Positions 27,462 to 36,189 of a DNA stretch of 38,580 bases are shown piece by piece. The translations under genes and the position numbers were made by a program. Under the pieces are notes generated by a model. It did no database searches. It was not told where the DNA came from and worked only from the letters and a program-made list of their open reading frames with translations. The DNA comes from an uncultured Planctomycetales bacterium (lineage in GTDB: Bacteria; Planctomycetota; Phycisphaerae; UBA1845; JAFGLZ01), in the NCBI GenBank assembly GCA_964550865.1, contig CAZKCX010000002.1:1-38580 (forward strand), given 5' to 3'. The number at the start of each line of letters is the position of its first letter. Position 1 is the first letter of the stretch.

Positions 27462-28217
27462 ATGAGGAAGGATCCCAAACGCTTCCGAACCGAGCCACCG
27501 GGGCAAAACGTCATGAGTAAGCGCAGACGTCGGAAAAAGAAGGACGCCCGGAAACCTCGACCTCGTCGGGGCGAGCACTCCTCACAGGAGAAGGCCAGGC
27601 TCCTCGCGGAATTGGCTGCGAAGATGGAAACGACCGACTCGTTCCCTTCGGAGGAGGAGCAACCCCAAGACGGGGACTTCCTCAGCGGCGCGATGTCCTA
27701 CGCCCACCGGAAGCGCATGGCCGCGCTTTGGAAGGCGCGCTCGGCCGAGGCCGACCAAACCGGCGCTTCCCACGAGGAGGAGGCCAAGGAACACGCGGAA
27801 TCGCCCGGCCTCCCACCCGATCCCGACGCGCAGATCGGCTTCGACGACGAAGAGGACGAGCGAACCGCGACTGTCATGGAAGAGCACCCGGAATACCACG
27901 AGTACTTCGACAACCCCGATCTCCTGGGCGAAGACGGCACGACGCCCGACGGAACCAACCCGTTCGCGCATGTCAGCATGCACGTGATCGTCGAGAACCA
28001 GCTCGCCTCGGCCGATCCGCCCCAGGTCCGCCAGTATCTGGAGCGGTTCATGGCGACCGGTCTTTCCCGCCACGAGGCCGTTCATCATATCGCCCGCGCC
28101 GTGAGCACGATGGTGTTTCACGTCCTCTCCGAGCAGCGTCCGCACGACGACGACCTGTATCTGGCCACGTTGGAGGAAATCGCGGCCGAGGTCGAAGGCG
28201 ACGCGAGCCCGGAGTGA
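27462..28217 (+). CDS. DUF1841 domain protein with polybasic/acidic N-terminal extension
   Basis: The C-terminal ~100 aa ('NPFAHVSMHVIVENQLASADPPQVRQYLERFMATGLSRHEAVHHIARAV...') match DUF1841. Start is ambiguous between ATG 27462 and ATG 27513 (MSKRRRR). A weak promoter-like GTGACG-N17-TAAGAT at 27435-27463 would favour 27513. Confidence 0.65.
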   Translation: MRKDPKRFRTEPPGQNVMSKRRRRKKKDARKPRPRRGEHSSQEKARLLAELAAKMETTDSFPSEEEQPQDGDFLSGAMSYAHRKRMAALWKARSAEADQTGASHEEEAKEHAESPGLPPDPDAQIGFDDEEDERTATVMEEHPEYHEYFDNPDLLGEDGTTPDGTNPFAHVSMHVIVENQLASADPPQVRQYLERFMATGLSRHEAVHHIARAVSTMVFHVLSEQRPHDDDLYLATLEEIAAEVEGDASPE

Positions 28218-28344
28218 GCCGGTTGCGTCAGCGTTCTGCATCCCTCCCACGCCCTTTTGAGGTCTCTCCCGAACTGCTACACTACCGAATCTTTGGCCCA
28301 CCGTGGGGCCATCGAGTGTGTGTCGGCTTGTGAGGGGTATCTTC

Positions 28345-29388
28345 ATGGCGAAGAGTGACGTGCGGGTGGTGATTGTGGGATGTGGCGGCATGGGCAACGT
28401 CCATGCCAGGGCCTGGCAGAAGCTTCCCGGCGCCAAGATCGTGGGTTGCTGCGACTCACGACGGGCGACCCTGAAGAGTTTTGCCGAGGCGTACGACGTG
28501 CCCGAGACCTTCCGCGAGGTCAAGAAGGCCGCGGCGGCCGAGGCAGACATCCTCGACGTCTGCACACCCAACAACGCACACCTCTCCGCCGTGCTCGTGG
28601 GGTTCGCTCACAAGAAGCACGTCCTCTGCGAGAAGCCCCTCGCCATCACGCCGAGGGAGGTGACCCGCATGATCGAGGCCTCGCGCAAGGCCCGGCGCCT
28701 TCTCATGTGTGCCCAGCACATGCGGTTCGACGGCATCAGCCAGGCGCTCAAGAAATGGATCGGCGCGGGGCATATGGGTGAGATCTACTACGGCCGGGCC
28801 TGGCACAACCGTCGTCGCCTTCTCCCGGCGTGGGGGCTGTTCCTGAACAAGAAGGCCTCCGGCGGAGGCCCGTGCGTAGACGTCGGCGTCCACGCCCTGG
28901 ACCTGACGATGTGGCTGATGGACAACTTCGAGCCCGTCAGCGTGTCCGGCGTCGCGCCTTGCAAGATTGCCAAGAAGCCCGGCATCTACAACGCCTGGGG
29001 AGACTTTAAGCCCAAGCAGATGGAGGTGGAGGACTTCGCCGCGGGCTTCATCCGTTTCAAGAATGGTGCCGCCCTATCCCTCGAGGCCAGCTGGATGATG
29101 AACATCCATTCCCGCAGCGACGTAGCAACGTGGGTGTACGGTACGGATGCCGGTGCGAAGTGGCCTGATCTGGAAATCGTCGAGGAGCGAAAGGGCCTGA
29201 TCGTGCAGGGCAAGATCGACAACCCACCCGAGGCCGAAGGCCACGAGGCCGAGATCTCCGCCTTCTACGATGCGGTGGTCAACGGCAAACCCTCCCCCGT
29301 GCCGCCGAAGCAGACCTTGGCCGTCATCAAGGTGCTCGACGGGCTGTACCGAAGCCACAAGAGCGGCAAGGAAGTCTCGCTTCGCTGA
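28345..29388 (+). CDS. Gfo/Idh/MocA family oxidoreductase
   Basis: Rossmann motif 'VVIVGCGGMGNVHA', the 'LCEKPLA' motif, and the C-terminal alpha/beta domain typical of the family. Confidence 0.9.
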   Translation: MAKSDVRVVIVGCGGMGNVHARAWQKLPGAKIVGCCDSRRATLKSFAEAYDVPETFREVKKAAAAEADILDVCTPNNAHLSAVLVGFAHKKHVLCEKPLAITPREVTRMIEASRKARRLLMCAQHMRFDGISQALKKWIGAGHMGEIYYGRAWHNRRRLLPAWGLFLNKKASGGGPCVDVGVHALDLTMWLMDNFEPVSVSGVAPCKIAKKPGIYNAWGDFKPKQMEVEDFAAGFIRFKNGAALSLEASWMMNIHSRSDVATWVYGTDAGAKWPDLEIVEERKGLIVQGKIDNPPEAEGHEAEISAFYDAVVNGKPSPVPPKQTLAVIKVLDGLYRSHKSGKEVSLR

Positions 29389-29447
29389 ACGGGATGGATG
29401 GGGCGAGCGCATGAGCGTTCGTTAGCCGATCGAGGAGACGTTGGTCG

Positions 29448-31157
29448 ATGGGATGTGGATGCGTGGACGGCAGAGCGAAGGCCTTCGCCCTGGCGCGAGT
29501 GGTGTGCCTGGTGGGAATCGCGTATGCCCTGTGCGGGTGCAACGGACCGATCCATCTCCGCGTCCAGGAGCACGTCGCCACGCCGAACCCCCGCGTCGTG
29601 ATGTTCTTCATCGACGGGATGAACCGCAGTCACTACCGAAAGTGGCTCGCCGAGGGCTCGTTGCCGAACATCAAGCGGTATCTCGTCGATCGTGGCACGG
29701 AGGTCGAGAACGCCGTGTCCTGCCTGCCGTCGATCACCTACGCGAACATGGCCGCCATGCTCACGGGGCGGCGCCCCGGTCATCACGGGGTCATCTCCAA
29801 CAAGTGGTTTGATCGCCAGCGCTTGTTCTACGAGGATTGCACCTACGGCGAGACCTACCGCCGCATCAACAACGACGTCCGTGGGAAGACCCTCTACGAG
29901 ATGCTCTCGGACAAGTTCACCGTGAGCATCCAATGTCCGCTGACCCGAGGCGTCGATCGCACGTACTACAACGATATCACGGCCTCCATCACGTGGTGGC
30001 TCGGGCTGCTCGACTGGACCGACCGGCTCATGCCCCTTCGCTTCGAGGAGATCGCGCTGGAGGCCTCCGCCAAACCGGACGGCACCTGGCCGAGCTTCAT
30101 TCATAGCTACTTCCCCGCCGTGGATGAGTACGGCCACTTGTACGGGACGCGAGGCTGGCCGTACAAATACGCGGTCCAGAACGCCGACCACCAGATCGGG
30201 CGGATCTGCGGCGGGCTCGAAGCCGCCGGGTTGCTGGAGAAGACCACACTCCTGCTCCTGGCGGATCACGGGATGGTCCATGTCGAGCCGGGTCAGAAGT
30301 TCTATGTCCATCGCGCGCTTCGTGATCGGTTCGAAAAGGTCGTGCCGCATACCTGGCCGGAGTTCGTGACCGACTATGAGCTTCGCCGTGCCCACCTCGA
30401 GCGCTACGACACGATCGTAACGCCCGATGGCGGCCGGAAGTGCTCGGTCTACTTCCGGTTCGATGATCACTGGCGAGACAGGCCGGCGAACGTCGAGGTC
30501 GCGAGGACCTGTACGCTGGAAAGGCACAAGGTGCGATCGATCCTTCACCCGGGACCGTCCGTCCGGAAAGTCGCCCGATGGCTTGCGTCGCAGGAGGCTG
30601 TCGTCGTCGCAGCCGTTCCGATCGGTCCGGATTCGGTGGCGATCTATGGCCGCGTGGGCGAGGCGGTGATTGACCGAAGGGGTACCGGCAGGCGTGCGAC
30701 CTATCGGTATCGGATACGCCGGGGCGGCGATCCGTTGGGCTATGTGTTCGACCCACAGGCAAGCCGACTGATCGACGACCAGTACCATTCGGCCAACGCG
30801 TGGTTCGACGCCACGCTGAAGACCGACGCGCCGGACTTCCCGGGCCAGATCTGCGAGGTCTTTGATACTTCGCGAGCCGGCGATATCATGTTGTTCGCCG
30901 CCCGAGGCTGGGCCTTCTCGTGGAAGGAGCGGGGCGGACACGGTTCGATCACGGCGGACGACATGTTCGTGCCGATGGTGTGGGCGGGTCCCGGCATTGC
31001 CGTCGGGGGCAAAGTGGAACGGGCGCGTACGTGCGACGTCATGCCGACCATTCTGGATGTGCTCGGGGAGTTGGACCGGCTCGAGCGGCATGAGCCGATC
31101 GACGGGAGGAGTCTGCTCCCCGAGCTTCGTGCGAGGCGAGTAGCGCGAACCCGATGA
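29448..31157 (+). CDS. alkaline-phosphatase superfamily nucleotide pyrophosphatase/phosphodiesterase (NPP)-like lipoprotein
   Basis: Lipobox 'YALCGC'. Metal and nucleophile blocks 'MFFIDGMN', 'LPSITYANMAAMLTGRRPGHHGV', 'AVDEYGHLYG', 'LLADHGM' and 'GGHGS'. Confidence 0.85.
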   Translation: MGCGCVDGRAKAFALARVVCLVGIAYALCGCNGPIHLRVQEHVATPNPRVVMFFIDGMNRSHYRKWLAEGSLPNIKRYLVDRGTEVENAVSCLPSITYANMAAMLTGRRPGHHGVISNKWFDRQRLFYEDCTYGETYRRINNDVRGKTLYEMLSDKFTVSIQCPLTRGVDRTYYNDITASITWWLGLLDWTDRLMPLRFEEIALEASAKPDGTWPSFIHSYFPAVDEYGHLYGTRGWPYKYAVQNADHQIGRICGGLEAAGLLEKTTLLLLADHGMVHVEPGQKFYVHRALRDRFEKVVPHTWPEFVTDYELRRAHLERYDTIVTPDGGRKCSVYFRFDDHWRDRPANVEVARTCTLERHKVRSILHPGPSVRKVARWLASQEAVVVAAVPIGPDSVAIYGRVGEAVIDRRGTGRRATYRYRIRRGGDPLGYVFDPQASRLIDDQYHSANAWFDATLKTDAPDFPGQICEVFDTSRAGDIMLFAARGWAFSWKERGGHGSITADDMFVPMVWAGPGIAVGGKVERARTCDVMPTILDVLGELDRLERHEPIDGRSLLPELRARRVARTR

Positions 31158-32317
31158 CAAACCTACGAGTTGCCGATTGCGTGCGATGGAGCTTGCTGGT
31201 GGTCTGCGCGACGTCTTCCGTCGCGTGGGGACAGACCGTCGGATCCCGGGCCGCCTTTCCCGCGGCGTCCAGCAACCGCTACTACGGTGTCGCCATCCAG
31301 GTGGACACCAGCAAGAACCCCGTGGCCATGTTCGGGCCCCTGATCCGCGAGGTGGCGGGACTCGGGGCGGATACGGTCTTGCTCGGCGCCGACGCCTACC
31401 AGAAGAACGCCAGCAGCGGCAAGGTCTACATCGACCCGAAGAAGACCCCCACCTGGGGCCAGTGGAAGCGCCTCTTCGAGATCGCTCGGAAGGAGTGCGG
31501 GCTGAAGGTCATCCTCGCGCCGAAGATCCTGCTGAGCGATCCGATCGGGACGGAGTGGCGCGGCGTCATCCAACCGCCGAGCTGGCGGAAGTGGTTCGTG
31601 CAATACCGCGAGATCATGAACCACTTCGCCGACATCGCCCAGGCCGGCGGCGCCGACGTCCTCATGATCGGCAGCGAGATGGTCAGCGCCGAGAAGCACA
31701 CCACCGAGTGGCGCGAGGTCATCCGGCAGGTCCGAGCGCGCTTCAAGGGCAAGCTGAGCTACTCAGCCAACTGGGACCACTACCAGCCCGTGAAGTTCTG
31801 GGACGAGCTGGATCTCATCGGCATGACGACGTACTACAAGCTCGCGGATGAACCCGGCCCAACGGTCCAATCGCTCGTCGAGGCGTGGAAGCCCATCAAG
31901 GAGAAGATCCTCGAGTGGCAGCAGACGATCGGCAAGCCGATCCTCTTCACCGAGGTCGGTTGGTGCAGCCAGGAGGGGGCGTCCATCGAGCCGTGGAACT
32001 ACTACCACAAGCAAGAGGCCACCCCCAAGGGCCTGGAGGAGCAACGGGCCTGCTACGAGGCCTTCATCCGCGTCTGGGGCGACGATCCCCAGGTCGGCGG
32101 CGTCATCTGGTGGGAGTGGACCACGTACGGCGGGGGTCCCGATTGCTACAACTACACCCCGAAGGGCAAGCCGGCCGGCAAGCTGCTCCGCAAGTGGTTC
32201 GCGCGAAAGGCCCATCCCCGCACGGGGCAATCCCGGCGCGCCAATGGGTCATCGCAGTTTCCCCCGATCCGCCTGCCCGGCGAGGCACGACGGCGCGGCG
32301 TCCGCGTGACGAGATAA
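31154..32317 (+). CDS. secreted TIM-barrel glycoside hydrolase-like protein (clan GH-A-like)
   Basis: ATGA start/stop overlap with the NPP gene. Signal 'WSLLVVCATSSVAWGQ'. Candidate catalytic Glu residues in 'LMIGSEMV' and 'ILFTEVGW', spaced as in (beta/alpha)8 glycosidases. The basic C-terminal ~35 aa tail may be read-through. Confidence 0.6.
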   Translation: MTNLRVADCVRWSLLVVCATSSVAWGQTVGSRAAFPAASSNRYYGVAIQVDTSKNPVAMFGPLIREVAGLGADTVLLGADAYQKNASSGKVYIDPKKTPTWGQWKRLFEIARKECGLKVILAPKILLSDPIGTEWRGVIQPPSWRKWFVQYREIMNHFADIAQAGGADVLMIGSEMVSAEKHTTEWREVIRQVRARFKGKLSYSANWDHYQPVKFWDELDLIGMTTYYKLADEPGPTVQSLVEAWKPIKEKILEWQQTIGKPILFTEVGWCSQEGASIEPWNYYHKQEATPKGLEEQRACYEAFIRVWGDDPQVGGVIWWEWTTYGGGPDCYNYTPKGKPAGKLLRKWFARKAHPRTGQSRRANGSSQFPPIRLPGEARRRGVRVTR

Positions 32318-32376
32318 ACCACGGTTGCTTGCTCGGGAAATACTCTACCGTGGCTCAGCGCGGTCGACGCCGGGTC

Positions 32377-32502
32377 GGCAAAAGGGGGACAGGCTACTTT
32401 TCTTGGAAGCTCCTCCTCTGGCACCGCGCCTCATTGAGCGACGCGTGTGACTGCAGCCGGGGAGAGTACGTCCCAAGAAAAGTAGCCTGTCCCCCTTTTG
32501 CC
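32377..32502. repeat. perfect 30-bp inverted repeat pair flanking a 66-nt spacer
   Basis: GGCAAAAGGGGGACAGGCTACTTTTCTTGG at 32377-32406 has its exact reverse complement at 32473-32502. It lies between the convergent 3' ends of the glycosidase gene (stop 32317) and the MCP gene (stop 32516). Confidence 0.95.
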
Positions 32503-32515
32503 CGCTTTTGCTCGC

Positions 32516-34882
32516 TCAGAAGTCGTTCAACGAGCCGCTCCTGTGCTCTTCCTGCGACTCATCTTCCTTCTGACTCGATTCGGCGAAGAGCTCGTCGCCA
32601 CCGCCTTCGGAGGCATAGGCGTTGACGTGTTGCGGAGCCCTCTTCGCCGGCTTCCGGGATTGGCCTGCCCTTGATGTCTTCGTGCTGGACCGCGAGCCCT
32701 GGCCGCCCACGAGCGTAACCAGGTCGGCCACCATTCCGCGGACGTTCTCGGCCTGGGCGGACATCTCCTCGGCCGCGCTGGCGGATTCCTCGGCGCCGGC
32801 CGCGTTGGACTGCGTGACCTTGTCCATCTGCGAGACGGCCGTGTTCACTTGCTCCACGCCCTGGGCCTGCTCGCCGGACGCCTGCGTGATCTGGGCGATC
32901 AGATCCGCCACCTTGGTCGCCGACTCGCCGATCTTGGTGAAGCTCTCCGTCGTGCTCTGGTTCAGCTCGACGCCGCGGCGGACGCGACCGACGGTTTGCT
33001 CGATGAGCGTTCCCGTCTCGCGGGCGGCCTCGGCGGCGCGCTGGGCAAGGTTGCGCACCTCGTCGGCTACGACGGCGAACCCCTTCCCGTGCTCGCCGGC
33101 TCTTGCCGCCTCGACGGCCGCGTTCAGGGCCAGCAGGTTCGTCTGGAACGCGATCTCCTCGATGACCTTGATGATCTTGCTGATCTGGTCGCTGGCCTCG
33201 GAGATGTCGTTCATGGACTGGCTGGCCTCCTTCATGGCTGAGTCGGCCTCGGTGATGACCTGCGTGGCCTCGGACATGAACTGATTGGCCTGCTCGGCGT
33301 TGTCGGCGTTCTGCCGCGCCATGGCGGCCATCTGCTCGAGCGCGCTCGAGGTCTCCTCCAGGCTCGAGGCCTGCTCCGACGCCCCCTCGGCGAGGCTCTG
33401 GCTGGCGGTCGAGACTTGGCCGGCCGCGTCGTTGACCTGCTCGGCCCCTTCGTTGAGGCCGACGATGATGACCTTCAGCGCCTTGGTAATGCCCACGGCG
33501 ATGATAATCGCCAGGACGATTCCGATCACCGCGGCGATCACCCCCACGATGGTCACGTTCCGTTTCGTGCCCTGCGCCGCAGACAGCATGGCCTCGTCGG
33601 TCATGACGTTGGCCTTGACCTCGTCGCGGACCTTGTTGAGGAGTTCCTGCACCTTCTCCAGATTCGGCTTGGTCTGGGCCGCGAAGATCGTGTTGGCCTT
33701 GTTCATGCCCTTCAGGCTGTTGTTGGCGTAGTCCTGGCACGCCTTGAGGGCCTTACGCGTGTGCTCCAGAGCGGGCACGGTCTTGTCCTGATAGATATGC
33801 TTCGCCTTCTCTTGGGCGGCGACGAGTGCCTGCTCGGCCTGGATCGCGGCGGTGAAGTGTGCGGCCACCCCGTCGAGGGCGGGGATGGTCTCTTCCGTGT
33901 AGACCTTCTTGGCCTCGTCCACCTTGCCCGCGGCCAGGGCCTTCTGGATCTTGGCCGCCGAGGCGTGCAGTCGATCGTGCGGTTCCCGGCATGCCTCCAG
34001 CTCTTCCTTCAGCTTCCCAAAGCCCTCGCACCACTGCTTGCATTGCTCACTTTCGAGGAAGTGCCCGAAGGCGCACTTCGTCGGATCCGTCTCAATCTTC
34101 AGATTCTTGTCCCCGATCACGCACGCCTTGCACACCTTCGCCATCCACTGACGGTGGTCGTCAAGTCGATCCTTGAGGGTATCGGCCAGACCGGGATGAC
34201 ATTGCTTCCACTCCTCGGCGATGTGCTTGGCGGACTGGTGCAGCTCGTTGTGCGGCTCCCGGCAGGCCGCGAGCAGCTCGGCGAATTTCGGGTCGTGCGC
34301 CGCCAGCGCCTTGGCCTCCGGCCCGTCCATCCACTGACCGAACGCGCACTTGTGCGGATCCGTCTGCACGTGCAGACTGTCCTGGTTCTCCAGGAACAGC
34401 TCACCGACCTCGTGCGCCCAGTGGAGATGGTCCGTTTCGCGAGCGGCCAGCAGGCCCGGCAACATCGCATCCGCCTGCTGGAAGGATGCCTTGATGTCGG
34501 ACGCGGAGTCGTGAAGGGACTTGTGGTAGGCCTCGATTTCCTTGAGATAGGGGGCGATGGACGGTACGGCCCTCTCCGCCTCCTTGCGGGCGTCGCCGTA
34601 CAACCATTTGCCGAACGCACACTGCGTGTGGTCCAGCTGGACGTCCAGCTTGGTGACGCTGTCGTCGGTGAGAAGCGCGCTGACCTTGTTGGCCCAATTG
34701 AGGTGGTCCACCTCCTTCTGGGCCATCTCCCCGTCGAGCTTGTTGCCCGTGATGACCTCGCTCGCATTCTCGACGATGCCTCCGACACCCGTGTAGGACA
34801 GCCCCCACACCACACCCAGCAGCACCAGGATCGTGCCGAAGCCCAAACCAATACGCTTACCGATCGTCATGTTGCGGAACAT
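32516..34882 (-). CDS. methyl-accepting chemotaxis protein with triple CZB-motif periplasmic sensor
   Basis: Start [10 protein letters not shown] (ATG 34882, GGGAG 7 nt upstream). TM1 '[18 protein letters not shown]' and TM2 '[23 protein letters not shown]'. MCP signalling hairpin '[39 protein letters not shown]'. Three Hxx[W]..CxFGx[WF]..HxxxH units lie between the TMs. Confidence 0.9.
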   Translation of the reverse strand: MFRNMTIGKRIGLGFGTILVLLGVVWGLSYTGVGGIVENASEVITGNKLDGEMAQKEVDHLNWANKVSALLTDDSVTKLDVQLDHTQCAFGKWLYGDARKEAERAVPSIAPYLKEIEAYHKSLHDSASDIKASFQQADAMLPGLLAARETDHLHWAHEVGELFLENQDSLHVQTDPHKCAFGQWMDGPEAKALAAHDPKFAELLAACREPHNELHQSAKHIAEEWKQCHPGLADTLKDRLDDHRQWMAKVCKACVIGDKNLKIETDPTKCAFGHFLESEQCKQWCEGFGKLKEELEACREPHDRLHASAAKIQKALAAGKVDEAKKVYTEETIPALDGVAAHFTAAIQAEQALVAAQEKAKHIYQDKTVPALEHTRKALKACQDYANNSLKGMNKANTIFAAQTKPNLEKVQELLNKVRDEVKANVMTDEAMLSAAQGTKRNVTIVGVIAAVIGIVLAIIIAVGITKALKVIIVGLNEGAEQVNDAAGQVSTASQSLAEGASEQASSLEETSSALEQMAAMARQNADNAEQANQFMSEATQVITEADSAMKEASQSMNDISEASDQISKIIKVIEEIAFQTNLLALNAAVEAARAGEHGKGFAVVADEVRNLAQRAAEAARETGTLIEQTVGRVRRGVELNQSTTESFTKIGESATKVADLIAQITQASGEQAQGVEQVNTAVSQMDKVTQSNAAGAEESASAAEEMSAQAENVRGMVADLVTLVGGQGSRSSTKTSRAGQSRKPAKRAPQHVNAYASEGGGDELFAESSQKEDESQEEHRSGSLNDF

Positions 34883-35151
34883 ACCGCCGCTCCCTAGATG
34901 TACGCCCTTGGTTAAACGATTACCCACACCCGTGCGTGTGCAGGGCGCTACCCGTGAGATCAGGGATTTGCCCTTTGCCTAGTCAGCCACTGGATCGGCG
35001 CCCTGTTCCCCCCAGTTCATTACCCGACGAGGATTAGACTATCTGCCTATATGGGGTAGAGGCCAAACCTATTAGGGTCTTCCCCAATGCTTGCCGCAGG
35101 AAGGGGTCGAAAAGGGCTTTCGGGGCTGGAATACAGCCAGAATCCGGCGCG

Positions 35152-35184
35152 AAAAAAAGAAGCCCAGCCGGACTGGGCTGGGCC
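35152..35184 (-). terminator. intrinsic terminator downstream of cheW
   Basis: Minus strand: GCCCAGCC, loop CAGTCC, GGCTGGGC, followed by TTCTTTTTTT. It lies about 95 nt after the cheW stop. Confidence 0.75.
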
Positions 35185-35278
35185 GATAAGTGGTTGTCGG
35201 ATGGGAGGACGGAGAGTCGGTTCTCGGCGCGCGGCATGCCTTCGGTCAGCAGAGACGCGCGCCGGATCGCCTCGAGGA

Positions 35279-35794
35279 TTACCCTTGAGCCAGGGCCTCG
35301 ATCTCTTCCATCTGCTCGGTGCCGAGGATGCAGTCGATGTCGAGCAGGATCTTGACGCGCTCGCCGATCTTACCCATGCCGAGGATGAATTTCGTATCGA
35401 CCTGGGATCCGACCGACGGCGGGGGCTCGATCTGATCGTCGGTGATGTCCAGGACTTCCTGGACGGTATCCACGACGACGCCCATTTCGGTACCGCCCAC
35501 GTTCACGACGATGATGCACGTCTCGTCGGTGTACTCGGCCTCGGGGAGACCGAACTGTAGGCGGAGATCGATCACGGGGATCACCATCCCTCGAAGGTTG
35601 ACCACGCCCTTGACGTACGTGGGCATCTGGGGCACCGAGGTAATGTCCATGATCTTGACGATCTCGCGCACCTTCAGGATTTCGAGTCCGTATTCCTCGC
35701 CGGCCAATTGGAAGGTGAGGTACTTCCCGCCCAAATCCGTCGTGTCGTCGGTGGTCGTCGTCTCTCTGGCCTTTGTGGTCGCTTGCTCAGTCAT
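35279..35794 (-). CDS. cheW: chemotaxis coupling protein CheW
   Basis: 'YLTFQLAGEEYGLEILKVREIVKIMDITSVPQMPTYVKGVVNLRGMVIPVIDLR' and 'GVVVDTVQEVL' are canonical CheW-like domain blocks. GGGAGAG lies 9 nt before the ATG. Confidence 0.92.
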   Translation of the reverse strand: MTEQATTKARETTTTDDTTDLGGKYLTFQLAGEEYGLEILKVREIVKIMDITSVPQMPTYVKGVVNLRGMVIPVIDLRLQFGLPEAEYTDETCIIVVNVGGTEMGVVVDTVQEVLDITDDQIEPPPSVGSQVDTKFILGMGKIGERVKILLDIDCILGTEQMEEIEALAQG

Positions 35795-36189
35795 CGCTCA
35801 AAGCTCTCCCTAGGGCAGGCAACGTCCGTCGCAGTGCCCGCGCACCCCAACGGTGTCGTTGTAGGGTTCCCGCAGAAAAAACCGCCCTGACTTACGTCGC
35901 TTCTATCGTCGCTGCCATGGCGGCTGTTGAGGTAAAACTTGTCGTCATCGAGTTACCGGACTAGGTGACGTTCTTCGGCCGTCCGGACCGAAACCAATGT
36001 GTCAACCCCGATTGGCGATACTGGGATCGCGGGAGGTCGGCGGCCTCCGGAGAGTTCGGCCCACCGGCCTTGACCAGTCGGTGCCGCTGCGGCAGGCTTT
36101 GGGCAATAGGCGGTGCGGCCGGCGCGGCTCGGCGCTGCCTGCGGATACGGAGGCGTGAGATTTCCAGCGAGGACGAATGAGGTGATACC

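Noticed and set aside
29265-31160. 631-aa minus-strand ORF opposite the NPP phosphodiesterase gene
   Set aside because: It is a shadow ORF. The plus strand carries all the alkaline-phosphatase-superfamily active-site blocks.
32377-32502. Inverted-repeat element interpreted as a MITE or as CRISPR repeats
   Set aside because: No target-site duplication flanks the 30-bp arms. The third copy is a solo half-site. Copies are inverted rather than direct and are not regularly spaced, so this is not a CRISPR array. It is kept as a REP-like repeat.
32516-32533. C-terminal ...SLNDF as a CheR/CheB-docking pentapeptide
   Set aside because: The canonical motif (NWETF-like) needs an aromatic residue at position 2. 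Here that position is Leu, so there is not enough support.
34883-34927. Upstream GTG start (34927) for the MCP gene
   Set aside because: The extra 15 residues ([14 protein letters not shown]) precede a good GGGAG RBS for ATG 34882. [10 protein letters not shown] is a typical MCP N-terminus.
35182-35189. GCCGATAA, identical to the sigma28 (FliA) -10 consensus, next to chemotaxis genes
   Set aside because: It is on the plus strand, where there is no downstream gene. It lacks a TAAA -35 element at 15-nt spacing and overlaps the cheW terminator stem.
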